NCBI GenBank assembly: GCA_964187785.1
Contig: OZ076417.1
Location: 30,318,001 to 30,382,000, forward strand
Source: Amphiscolops sp. MND2022
Lineage: Eukaryota
DNA: 64,000 nucleotides
Reading direction: 5' to 3'
A program made the position numbers and the translations under genes. Numbering within the stretch: the first letter of the stretch is position 1; the number at the start of each line of letters is the position of its first letter. Positions 1 to 13,500 of the stretch are shown here, one piece after another. The notes beneath the pieces were generated by a model. That model did no database searches. It saw only the letters and a program-made list of their open reading frames with translations, and was not told where the DNA came from.

Positions 1-1191
1 TCGACTTCAACTCTTCTGCTATGACGTCACGGTTGTAGTTCTTAAACATTTCTTTTTAACGTAACTTTTGTTATCAACAAAAACAACGCGCAATTATTCA
101 TTCTGTGAGAGCCCTTAAAATTGCAACTTATGATCAGGCTGATTATTTCAAATTCAGCACAAGATTGACAAAAATGAAATTGGAAGCAGTTTCAGCAGGA
201 AGATCATTCACAAATCACAGTGTTTTATAGTTTAAAGAATTTTTTGGGTTCACGGGCTTCTAAGATCCTGAAGAGCATAAAATCATTTGTGAAATCGTTT
301 TATGTGCTTTTCATTGTACAAAACGTCAGACTATTTAAATGGCCTTCTACATTTTCGACAATAACCTGAAACTGCCAAGGATAATCAACAAAAACCGCGG
401 GCGATATTTCCGGAAAGTTTCAAATGGTTTCAGCTTACTTCAAAAATTCGATAAACTCTTTTTCAAATGCTATAAACGTGCTAACTTACTTTGATTACTA
501 TAACATCATAAACGTGAGTTGCAATTAGTTAGACAGTTATAATTCATTAGCCAGAAGGCCATTGAAGTGACCCATATTTTGAAAAGAATACGACAGAGAT
601 AAGAAGAGATAAGATGGTTGTTCAAACGAATGCATATATCGAATGCTATGAAAGTCAAACTAGGTTCGTGTTTAGAATATTTCAAAGCAGCTTCTGCAAA
701 CAAAAGAGGCGGTAGTTTCGTGGATTATGCACAAAACTCGATCTCAGAATTTATTTGAAATGAAGAAGAAACCTTTGAAATTGTCCTATTTATAAATGGG
801 TTTGGTTTTGGAATTGAAAAAACAACTCGTCCGAACTCTTCGCAAAAAAATTCAAAAAACCAATTCGGATTTTTTAAAAACTGCTTCACCATAGACACCC
901 AAGCTGGGAACAGACAAAAGAAATCTCTGGTAAAATTTAAAAACTTCGAAAAAAGTCAAAGATTTGAAAAAAAACCTAAACGTTAAAAAGTATATAGTAG
1001 TGTATACGAATAGAAAATAGCAGAGGCTTAATAACAAATATATTGGAAAACATCGAACTATTTGAACTTATGAAAGTGGGCGCTTCAGGATTATCAGAAG
1101 AAATTTAAACTAACTACTGTAAAAGTCGTGCCTTTTTTTTCCGAAATACGCTTGTGTAAAAATTGGGGCCAGTTTTGAATTGCACACTAAC

Positions 1192-1566
1192 CTTGATATT
1201 TTTATCATAATTGCTCAGCAGAAGGTGAACTCGATCCAACTCGTCGTTATGAAGCACGATATCCTCAAGCACTTCATTCGGCACTTCGGTCACATTGTCA
1301 AACTTCGTCAGCCAATGAGAGAAGACGTCCATCTCATCTTGCAGAGCTTCCGACTGGCCGATGAACGAATCGACGCTCTGGATTCGATGGTTTACTTTTT
1401 CGTGGAAGTCGGAGAGCTTTTTGGGCAAAGATTCCAGCAGAAATTTAAGACGTTTGTCCGATTCCGCGCAATCTGTTGACGGGTCTCTTTGAGCAGCTAA
1501 GACACTCACTGTTGCAACTCGCTTGTCCATGTCTCGCATCTTAGCCGCAACTTTCGCGTTAATTTT
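1192..1566 (-). CDS. Exon: spectrin repeats
   Basis: Acceptor ttttttgcag|AAA, donor AAG|gttagt, 375 bp, phase 0-0. LQDEMDVFSHWLTKFD is a spectrin motif. The gene presumably continues left of the window. Confidence 0.8.
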
Positions 1567-4500
1567 CTGCAAAAAAAATGATTTTCAATATTTCTCAAAA
1601 TCTAGCATTCAAAGCTACAGATCATACCGACGCTCGAAGAAAACACAAGACGAGAACGTCTAAAGTCGGCGCCATATCTAAGGCTCAAAAATAGCAAAAG
1701 GACTTCAATGTGTTAAGTATTCTCTTCTGCAGTACCCGTGTGAGGAAAAAATTGAAAAAAAAATTCCGAATTTTTTGAAATTTTTATTCGAATTTTATTT
1801 GAATTTTTTTTGGTATCCGGTAAGCCGCATAGTGCCAAAAAATTTAAAAGGGGGCCTTTGGGAGTTTTTAAACATCCATTCTTTTGCAAATAAGGAAAAA
1901 ATGAAGGGGGGCCCTTTGGAGACAATAAAAAAATTTGCGAAAAAATGTACAACAAAGCCGAAAAAAACCTGCACAAAAAATTTTTGGTCAAGGTTGGGCT
2001 CGAACCCACGTCCTTCTGCTTGGCAGACCTCAAAAATGCAGTAACCTCTATGCCAAGTGCCAGTAGAAGTTACAAGTGTGGCAGTTAGTGGATCATGAAA
2101 ACTGTAAAAAGTGGACCATTCAGAGTGAGATTGTCAGCTGAAAAAAAACTACCCACTGTAATAGTTGGTTTTTTTTCCTTAAGGGAAAAGGCGCCGACTA
2201 AAAACAGTCACTGCTATAGTCGAGCATTTTTCACAAGGCAAATGACTAGAATTGTACTATAAAAATATAAAAATCGCCCAAGTCAAAAAGACTGGGTTAA
2301 AACTGCATTGCCGGGAACATGTCAAAAGGGCCTGAAATTGAACTTAATTGGAAGTTCTCAAGAATCGAGGAGAATGGAACATGTTGAAACAGTTTTTGTT
2401 GTCCGAAGGGGAACAAGTTGAAAATTTATACCAATATCAGTATTAGAGCTCCGAGCGAAAATATTATGCAAGAATAAGGCAAGAGTTTTCAATATTTTTT
2501 AAATCGTTACAATGACTATATTGCAGTATTAATACCAAACGTGTCAGTTTCACTTATACTGATTTGTGATTAAAAACCAGCTAAATTAATCATATTCGAA
2601 CAAAATATTTAAACTTGCTAATTTTTTCACTTTCTATTTAAAAAATAAAAAGGGGACCGTGCGAAGCGAAACTATGTTGTTCTGCAACATGAATGATGGC
2701 CAAGAGTTCAAAGGGGCAATTTTTTAACTGAGGGATGAGATAGTGCCGAATCGCTGCAAGCTGCAGAGCCTCCTTGCAGTGTCAGTAACGGTCCCCGTAT
2801 ATACAAATACTGAAAACCTCATCAAGTGGAGGACAGATTTAAACTTGCTAATGGATCAATTTGTTAAATCATTGTTGTTCTGGAAGATAACTGAAAGGAA
2901 ATAAACAAACTCTGATCATTTTTAATTGTCGGGGAAAACCTATCAAACCCTCAGTTGCCTTTGACTGCTCAAACTAGACGCTTCTCACTGGGGGCGCTTT
3001 TTAAAATATGGCACTTTTTCACATCTGATACTTACTTCCATGAGGGCCTTTGATGACGTCAGATTGTCCACTTCCCCAGTCAAAGGTTTGATGAGACTCA
3101 GTTCCCGTTCCTGCGTGTTCAGCCACAACATTGTGTCACTCAGCATCGTCTCGCATTCACCCAGAACTGCGTTCAGGTCATCCTAAAATCAAGTATTTTC
3201 AGCATTAGCATTCTTCTTAAAACATTGATCATGCAAAATCAAGGATTGTAAAAACGGTTCCTTGCAAAAACAATAGCGCCCGCTCTCAAACGAATAACAG
3301 CTTTCATTTCACTTCCTTCTGAGAGACGCTTTAAAAATATTTTCTTATTCGAATTGCAGTAGCTACTAAAACTCAAAACAAAGAAGACCAGTGATAGTGA
3401 TTTTCCAAAAATTTCATGGGCGTTTGAATTTTTTTTGGAATTCCCGAGTACGTGTTGGAATAATGGCTCTTGCAACATCGAGCAAAGCAAGGGCTAATAT
3501 ACCGCATGGCAGGCGGAACATATAATGTAGAGGCCCGGAAGACCATTTGAAAAAAATGCAAAGTATGTTTCATGAGCTAGTTCACGTAAGATCTGCAGAG
3601 AAGACCAAATTTTGAGTTTTTACTAAGCCAATTCCAAAAAAACATCACTCTCAAATGCATTTTGATGTGAACATGATTTAGATTTACGTCAATCGAAAAT
3701 TGAGTGACTTACATTTTCTTTTTGTCGGTGTTTTTCCTTCTCGATTTCTCCTTGAATGTGCTTGATGTTACTAGCCGAGACATCGTACACTGAGTCGTAA
3801 CCAGCCGAGAGCCGACTGATGGAGTTTCGGATCTGCCGAGTTTGTTCGGGGGTTAGATACTGGCTTCGTTTGTCCAATAGAATTTGCATCTCGCTGACTG
3901 CTTCTGTCATCAACTTTTTGTGCTCAATTATTGATTGGTGCATTTGCTAAAAAGTTAGATTTATTATTTCATAGTTAAAATCAGAAAGCTTATGACTGAA
4001 TTCTATGAGAAAACAAAAGATTCTCAATTTTGAAAAAAATGAGCAAAAATACTGGAAAGAAGTAACATTTAATACAGATCATTACAAGGGAAACTTACTG
4101 AGAAAAAGTTATGGTTAGACGTATGTCTACTTCAAGATAAAAGAAAGATAAATTATCTAATAACTGAAAAAGTTGTAACAAACCCGATGAAACCTCCAAT
4201 GGAGCTTCAATGAAATAAATAGTTGAAAAAGTTAACGAAGCATCATTAAAAAAAAACAAAACAATAAAACCGGCAGCCACTTTTTTCGCTAACATAGACA
4301 CTAATGCGACCAAAAAGATTGGGCAGCCGATATGACAGTTGGCCCTAACTGTTACAGCGTTGGCTTCTGGAGCCAAAGGACAGAGTTCGATTCTCACTTG
4401 GATCCGATTTCTTTTTCGTTTTCACATATGTTCGAGATCAAAAGAGTTTTTCCGACACTGTGCGAATTTTTTCGAATTTTTTTTAAATCGGAAGGACCCC

Positions 4501-7500
4501 TTTGGCTTTAATGGTGTTTCCGACACGAAAAGCCAAACGCGCGCGAAGTATTTTAGTTTACAAGTCCAGTTTCACAATGTTCAACACCCGAAACAAATGT
4601 TACGTATACAATGATTGTAATATTATGTGCACCCCCCCCCAATCATTAATACCAAACACGTCACTTTCACTTATACTAATATGTGATAAATAACCAGCTA
4701 ATTTAGGCATTTTTACAAAATATTTAAACTTGTCAATCAAATTTTTAATTGTTATAATTATCAAATTGTTAATTATTCATCGTTGTGCTAGAAGAGAAGT
4801 GAAAGGAAATGATCTCACCTTTTGCAGTGCAGAGGCGGTGGTCAAGGGCTCCATGCCACTCTTCTCCCTGGGCATGAGGGTCTGGGACAGCTTGTTCTCC
4901 ATGCTCTGCAGCCACGAGTCGTACTCATTGGCCATCGTCATGCACAGTTCGTAGTCCAGCTCTGTGTCTCGCATGTCAGTGGAACACACGGACTGCCAAC
5001 AACAACCATTCACAACATCGACGCACAATGAAAACTAAGACTCCATAAAAACTTTTTCATGGAGTCTCACGGTATCAAAACCTCAAGGTAATCCTAGGTT
5101 GAAAAACATATATAATTCTTGAAAAAATCTTGCAAGTCAATGCATTATTCTTGCAAACTGTCTCGCAAGATTCTTGCAAGCAACGGATTGCAATGGCAAG
5201 ATTCTCGCAAGAACAATGCATTGACTTGCAAGATCTTGCAAGCTTCGACTGAAAATTCGAGTAAAAACTTTTCTCTGTATTCTCTCTATTGAACATCACC
5301 TGATGATCATTCACACTAATTCCTATTCTCACTTACTATCGATATGGCGATTGCAGACTAAAAGTTTTAGTATTCAAGTATTTTAAGATGATGAAAGCAA
5401 ATGTTGATTTGCCGATGTTGAAGAAGATGCGCGTTGGTCAAGTTTTTCGAGAACTTCATCGTAAAATTGAAGAAATTTTGAAACCGAAAATGAGGGGGGT
5501 TGGATTCCGCACTTGGTATTCAAGATGAGTTTTCTATTTTAATTGGCGTTCCAAGTTCCAAAAACAAGGGACCATGGAAAGGTTTGAGACAAACATTGAA
5601 TCAGAGGCAACAGTGGCGATATTTATATTTAAAATGTATGATACTTTATACTGACCTGTAAAGAAGACGCGGGGGTCATTAGTCCGGAAGTCACTGGCCC
5701 TGATCCCAGTTTCTGGACTGCTTCATCCGAAGCAGGAGGTTCCAGGGTCTCTGTAGATGCGGTTGTAGGAGTTACAGATTTCTTCTCTGGCAAAGTGGAA
5801 GAGCCAGTTGTAGAAGGAGTCGGTTTTTTGGTCGCTGTAAAAATGTCAACCACTGAGAAAAAACCAAATCCTTCAAACCCGAGAAGTTAAAGCTTTACGT
5901 TGAAACAAGATTTTGAACCACATTTTGAGGAGCACCGTGTCCATTGAATGGTAAATTTCATTGAAATTGGATGGATGAATTTGTCAAGATATAACACTTC
6001 GTCAACAATTTTGATCAAATTCGACTATTTATGTGGCTCAAAATGTATTTCAAACACAAGAGTTCGAATTGACTTCCGAAAACCGACTGTTCAAAATTCA
6101 TTTTCTCATGAACCCACTCCCTAGGTGATACCAAAACCAAAATGAAATGCATCAAAATCCATAGAGGTGATAGAGGAAGAAAATTGAGAATAAAGTCTGA
6201 ATATGAAAACCCATTAGTGACTGAAGCAGTTGTTGGATGAAATATTTTGCACACAAACCGAACACGCCAATTTATTAGACCTGAAATAGGTTACGTTATT
6301 TTGACTATCAAAAACTCAAAATTAGGCAAATTAAGGTATGCTGTTAATTTTTGATGAGTTATGCAGTTAAAATCTGGTATTACTTTACATACTGGCACAA
6401 TACGGCAAAGAGCATATTATCATTTTTCAATTTCAAGATATTGAAAACGGAGAAACTGTTTTGGAATGCTACGGATATAGGATCTTGTTCCATGCATTTT
6501 GGATAAAAATTTGGGAAACGCAGTGATTTTTGGAGAAAACATGAAACCTGCAATAACTAAGGGACCACGAAGCCGGGATTAGAAAATGAGTCTTTCAATT
6601 GAAAAGGTGAGATACATTTTTTAAAGAAATCGAGCGTGGAAGAATGACCTGAAAAAAAACATTGCTCTTTCACTTCAAATCCAAATCTCGGTGAAAAATT
6701 CCAAAATTTCAACATCCTTCAAAAATCTTTCACATTAGATAACTAACCTTTACGGCCTGGAGTTGTCTTTTGCTGAACAGGGGCTGGTTTTTTATCTGGT
6801 ACCTTTTTCCGAACATCCACTTTTGGGACAGTTGTGGTTGTTGGTGTTGTTTTAGGGCTCCTGTTGGAATTAGATGAATTTGATTCCAGACTAGACCTTC
6901 TGGATTTCAAACTGGCAGGTTTGGTTACGTCAATTTTGGGACTTTTCAATCCGGACTGAGTAGATCCGGAACCTGACCTCAGCGGAGGCGTGGCACTTTC
7001 TGATTTTATAGGTTTTGTTGGTTTTTTGGCAATTGTAGGTTTGGCGATTGTTACTTTGCTTGGTCCCTTTTTCTTCGGTGGTCTCTCTTCAACCTTCGCT
7101 TTCGCTGATCCTTGACTGGCTAAGCTTTCGCTACTAGAGAACAGCTGTTCATAGACTTCCTGGGAAATCAGTTTCTTCTGGATTGCTTCCGAAGGATGAA
7201 TGATTGTTCTGGTCGTTTCGTCGATGATGCCGGCGACTCCAAAAGCGCCTGGCATGGAACCGGCAGGTAATTCGGGAGTTTCAATCAATCCCTTGTTGGC
7301 AGCTGCAGTTGGAGTGACAAAAAGTTTAGTTTTTGGGTCGTAAACAACGGTTTCGGGAGTATCACTGATGTCAGTGGCAGAAGACGCTACAGAAAATATG
7401 TCATCATCAGCAATCCCCGCTTTCTCTTGAGAGTCTGTAATTGATTTGGCGTATGTTTCGGGGTCAAAAGTTGAACAGATTATAGACACAGGTGGCTTGC

Positions 7501-10500
7501 GAATCTCTTTCGATTGGAAATCAATGAAAGCAAAAGAAGTGGAAAATGATTTCGGGTCTTCTCCAACTTTGGAGGCAACAGAAACGAATTCTTCAGGAGT
7601 CAAGAGTCCCATGTTCAAAGCACATTCCAGTGGCATCACCTGGTTTGTACTTGGGTCCAAAATTGTGATTCTAGAAGCACTTTGGGGTGAAAATGCTTCC
7701 GGGTACTCTTGCTGTAGGGCTCTTATCTGTGAAGGCGCGATTACGTTTTTGTTCAAAGCTTCGGAAGGTCGCAACACAACGCCTTCTTTCACAATTAGCA
7801 AGCCAGGTACTTTTGAGGAATCATGTTGGAAGTTTTCATACAAGGCATCAAAAGTGTCCTGAGAGATTTCACCAGCATTTAGTGATGTTTCCACCGGTGT
7901 TACAGTCAACTGATCAGGACTGTACAGGCAAAGGCCAGTGGGTTGTCGATTGTGTTTAAACGTGGATGCATCAGACCTCAGCTTATTCAGAGTCTTTTGA
8001 TCGACTTGTCCTTCTCTGATAGCTGTTTCCAAAGTTTTGCTGAGTCGTGTATCTCGGTCGAACACGACAAGCTTACCTAGTTTAGCCGGACTCGCGGCTA
8101 AATTTTTAGCAACTTGGACAAAATCTTTCATCTTCATCAAACCCCTGGATGGGACTCTATCCAAGGGTATCAGCTGGTTCTGCTCTGTGTCTAGGGTTCG
8201 AATTTCAGAAGGCAGATTCCAGGGTTCAATTGTATCTGGCAAAACCCTGGACAGCTCCAGGCATTTAGGTTCATCGATTAGTCCGTTTTCCAGAGCACGG
8301 CTCAGTGGAATCAAAGGGTTTTGTTCGTCAATGAAAAGCAAGTTTTTGGTAATCTCCTCAGGTTTTTGCACCATTTTTGCAAAAACTTCAGAGACCGCAG
8401 CTTCTGAAACTTTATTCTGTCGTATCAAATCTTTCAATAAGTACTGAGTTTCTGTCTGGATATCAAAAACTTTGAATGTTGGAATGAAAACAGGTTGAGC
8501 AATTCCAGGATGCAAACATTTCAAAGCTTCCAGTTTTGCTTGATCCAAAAATCCTTTGCTCAATGCTTCATGAGCGGGCATGAGGGTATTCATTCGGGGA
8601 TGAACTGTCATGATCTTCGTCACTTTTTCAGGGCAGTTTTGCAAATCACTCATTAGACTGTCATACATGAGTGATGTAATCACCCCCGATTTGAGGGCTT
8701 CGGTTAGCGAGAACAGTTCTCCAGTTACAATGTCTAGCACTTTGAGTTGATTATGTTTAACAGGTTTGAAACCTTCCGGGAATGTTTCTTTAAGTTGGAG
8801 GTAAAATTCTTCATTGATGTACCCAAACTCAACAGCGTCTTCAGGAGAAACCAACTCTCCGTAGTCGTCGATTAGAACTAACTTTTTCCATGCTTCAGGG
8901 AAGTCATTCAGCTCAGCTAGAACTTCCAAGTACTTTTGTGAGCTTATATGACCTCTATGCACTGCTACTTCGATTGCAATGATTTCACCGCTGAAGTTAT
9001 CCAATACAAACACTTCACATGGGCGAATTGATTCCAAACAGTCTGGGTTGTTGTTGATGAAACTGTTATACAAGTCATGAGAAATGATTCCTTCGTCCAG
9101 TCCAGCTTTCAGTGACACCAGACATCCAGTTTCAGGATTGAGAACCATAACTTTGGTAACTTGACTCGGGTCCTCGAGCAATGTTTGGGTGATAGTTTCG
9201 TAAACTCCTGTACTCAATCTTCCAGACATTACAGCGTTTTCCAACATCAATATTTCAGCGCCATTTTCCAGAACCACTGTGATTCCTGTTGGGATGGTTC
9301 CTTCAAACGCGTTTGGGTGCAGATCTCGAAGTTCTTGGAACAGATTCGGACTTAGACATCTACTGATCACGGCTTCTGATGGTGTATACAAGTCGCCTGT
9401 GTTGGGGTCAACAACCATGACTTTTGTCACTGAGTAGGGGTTTTCGGCGGCTCGTTGCGTAACTTTGGTCAACTTCTCCAAGTTTGTGAACTGATCTCGA
9501 ATTGCATCATCCGATGACATAATCTTGCCACTGTCACTGTCGAGTATGAGGAAACTGAATGACAAGAACTGGTCAGCTTCTTTCGGGTGCAGGTCGTAGA
9601 ACCTTTTGTAGTCTTCGGCTGATAGGATTCCGTTTCGCAAGGCTTCGTCGAAGGAACTGATTTGGTTGTTGAGTGAAGAAAACACAACAGTCTTGGTCAA
9701 ACAGTGGGGTTCTTCGACTACTTTGTTTAGCAGTTGTTGGTAAATTGTGTGAGGAATCAATCTCTGTCGCAAAGCTTCTTCCAGAGTTGCGAATCTCTTG
9801 GAAGGCAAAATGAACACATTGAGTCCTGTAGCATTGACTGATTCGAAAGATTCCGGAAAGGCGGTTGCAATCGCGTTGTATCTTTCACTTTCAACGATTT
9901 TCTTTTTGAATGCCTCGTCCAAGGTAAGAACTTCATCTGACAACGGGTTGTACATCATCAATTTACACAGGAACTCAGTTCCTCGTTTGTATCTGTTCAA
10001 GGTCTCGTTGTAAACTTCAGGAGAAAGCATTCCATTTAGAACTGACTTCTCAATAGGAACAACAACGTCAGTGCCAATATGCAGAACCGAGATTCCAGAT
10101 GATCGAATTGGCATCAGCATGTCTGACTGGTTTTCTGCCAGCTCATCGAAAGTTTCTACATCCAAAAGTTCCAGGTCAACTGCGGCTATTGGGGTCAAAA
10201 AGTTCCCAGCTTCACTGTCAAGAACCATCATCTTGGTGACCAGCTCGGGGTCAACTTTCAGCTTTTGCAAGAACTCTCGGAATGTTTCCTCGTCTATCAA
10301 TCCGGTGGCAAAAACATCAAATAAGGGTACAATTTCCTCAGTTTCCGAAACGTATATTACAACACCTGTGTCCTTTAGAGGTTCTCTTATCTTGGGATAG
10401 TTCTGCTGCAACGATTGAAGTTCTATCAAGTCCAAAGCTCCAGATGCCAACGCTTCTTGTGGTGTTATAAGACAGCCCAAACTTTCATCAACTAGTAAGC

Positions 10501-13500
10501 ATTTGGTTAGAATTTCAGGTTCGGTCCTCAGCCTTTCCAAAATGACTGCAGCGTTTTCGAGTGAAACGTAATTGTTGGAAATTGCTTCTTCCAAGTTCAT
10601 TTCAGTGTTGAACTCTTTCGAGTAAACAGATAGACCCGGTGACTCCAAAAAGTGGCCTGCAGATTTTGTGTCACGAAGTAACTTCTTCACTTTCTCAGGA
10701 GTAACAATCTGTCTCCGCACAGATTCGTATAAGTTGAAGATATCTTTGCTCTTTTTATCGTAGACCAAAACTTTCGTCAACACGTGTGGCGTTGTTTCCG
10801 CAACTTCCAAAATTTTGGAATAAACTTTTTCAGATAGCTTTCCAGACTGGAATGCAGATTGCAAAGACTCTAGTTCAAATGTTTCCTCGTTTACAATTTT
10901 AATTTTATATTCCAAACCTGGCAGCAAGGCGAATGATTGTGAGAGCTGTTCAATGCCTTCGGGTGGTATCAAGTGGTTCTGGACCGCATCATCAAACGTC
11001 ATAAACTTCTCCGATACTTTGTCCCAAACCAGAGGACTCTGGCACTCATTATCGGAGTCAGTGAGGTCAAGAACATCACTAAGCTTGAACATTTTCTGCT
11101 CTATTCCTTCTTTCAGTGGATGAATTTTACCGGTATTCAAATCAACAACTGTGGTACTTGAGTTTTTATAACGGAAAACGTCTTTGGGTTTGAAAGAGTC
11201 CAGTGTTTTGATGTCAATCAAATTCGTCTCCAGAGCCTGCTTCAATGAAACAACCGAACCTTCCTCCGGGTTTCTAACAAGAAACGATGCAACATCCGGG
11301 AAGTTTTCTACAAGTTTTGCCAGAGTGTCCGAATAAGCTTCTGGGTGTACAAGGCCCAGGGAGAAAGACTCTTCCAAACTTCTGGAGCAGGCATCTTGGG
11401 TGTCATAAACTGCGATTCCACTGGGTTTTAGAGGATGCAAGAACTCCGCGTGTTCATGGAACAGATTTTTGTAGATTTCTTTGGAGAGCGATCCTTCCAA
11501 GTATCCCACTACGGGTGAGAGAAGTTCACCTTTTTCGGTCAAAACAAGCAAAGACGGAACCCCCTGAGGTACTTCAATTGCAATTTGTGACAAACTGTTG
11601 TATTTTTCGTAAGTCATATAACCCAAATTCATAGCATCCTCAATCGTGAAAATCTCTGCAGTTTTTGGGTTCAATATTTTGATTTTAGAAGACAACACTT
11701 TTTCGAACCCTCGGGTGAAATTTAAAAACAAAGACTCAAATTCTTCAGAGCTAATCAAGTTCGTCTCTAGCGCATTTTCTGGGGTCATCACTGAATTGGT
11801 TCCTCTATCTACCACAGTAAGTTTTGGCATATAAGCCGGTGAAGTTGCGCTCCTTACCAAAACAGATTGCAATTGACTGAAATTGAGCACACCCGACGTG
11901 AATGCTTCTTCCAGTGAACTCACATTCTTCGAATACGGGTCAAAAACTTGCAACGAGCTTAGAAGGGTTTCATCAGGTAGTTTTTGAATCAAAGAGTCGT
12001 AGATGCAGTCACTGATTAGACCTTGAACAAGAGCTTCTGCAGCAGTCAGTAGAAACTCGGAGCTCGCTGTTTTCTTCACAAAAGATTTTTCTCTGTTTTC
12101 AATTTGAGCAATTTTGTAATATCCTTCCACGGTCAAATGTTCGGAGATACAAGCCTTATCTGCTGGGTATAGAGTTTTCTTTTCTGGAATGTAAAGAAGC
12201 AAAAATGAAGCCATTGAATTGTCGAAGTAAAGCGAAGTCAAGTAGTTTTCAACTGCTTGACGCTCTACAACATTGTCAAGAAGTGCATCCACAAGATGCC
12301 AAACGTCGGCACATCCTTTTGAGACAATCGAAATGGGCGGGAAGTTCGGGAACGTGGCAATAAGTTGACGTGTTTTGACAGGCACTTGGTCAACTTGTTG
12401 CGTTTCAGCATTTAGGACATTTATTTCAGCTGATCGCTGAAACAATGCAAAAATACGGTAAGCCGAGATAGTTGCATTAAAACGTGAACGGATGTCGGAT
12501 AGTTGGAACTCTGTAATGATTTTCTTCTCAACTGCGTCGTGAATTGGCATAAACTCAGTTTCTGATTTCTGTAGAACTAAATTGGCAAAGACAAGTAAGC
12601 AAAACTTGTCAACTTCTGATACCAAAGTTGCATCGAGGCCTTCACATTCTTCTTTGCTGATGAGTTTTCTATGTTTTGCTTCTTCTGGGGAAACTTCAAT
12701 GTCTGAGTCATGCACCGGGAATACAAAAATCCCAGGTAATTGTCGAACTTCGGATCCTTTCTCATTCGTTGAAAACTTGCCACTGTTCAAGTTGTAAACA
12801 TTCGGGAGTTGAGAGTTCTCAAGTGTGAAGTGAACAAGCTTAGGTGCGGAAACTTGGACCAAAGACATCGTCGACACTGCTCTTGACGATACTTTTGATT
12901 CTGGGTCGGACATGAGCTCTTGCGAAACACTAAGACCGCTCGTCGCTAGAGTAAGCAAGTCTGATTTCGCAACTGATGCATTTCGCAGCGCCAAGTAACT
13001 TTCCATGTCAAAATATCCCAAACCGAGAGCTTCTTCGAGACTGAACTCCTCATTTGTCACCGGGTCCACAATGGAAACTCGTCCAGGCACGAACACAACT
13101 TTTTCGGGACCAAAATCAACTGGATCTGTTTCTTTTGACTTGAGTACTTTGTACTGGGCATGTGAAATTATTCGCTTCCGGTAGGCCTCAGCAAGCGAGT
13201 AAAGCTGTGAATTGAAGGGATCTTGAATTGTCACGGTTGGAAGTTCGGAACTACTGTCAGAAATGTCGCTACTGAATGCCTTGCTGATAACCCTGTCATA
13301 TGTTTCTTTGTCTATTAATCCATGCTCAAGGGCTTCATCTAATGTGTACGTTTTCCCAGAAGACTTGTCGGTTATGACAATCTTAGTTGGCAATGGTCGT
13401 CTTTGAACGGTTGGAATTTCATCATTTTTGTTGGCTTCTGATCTTAATCTCTGGAACACGCCCAAAGAAATGAGGCCTCTCGCAAAAGCCTCTTCAGGTG

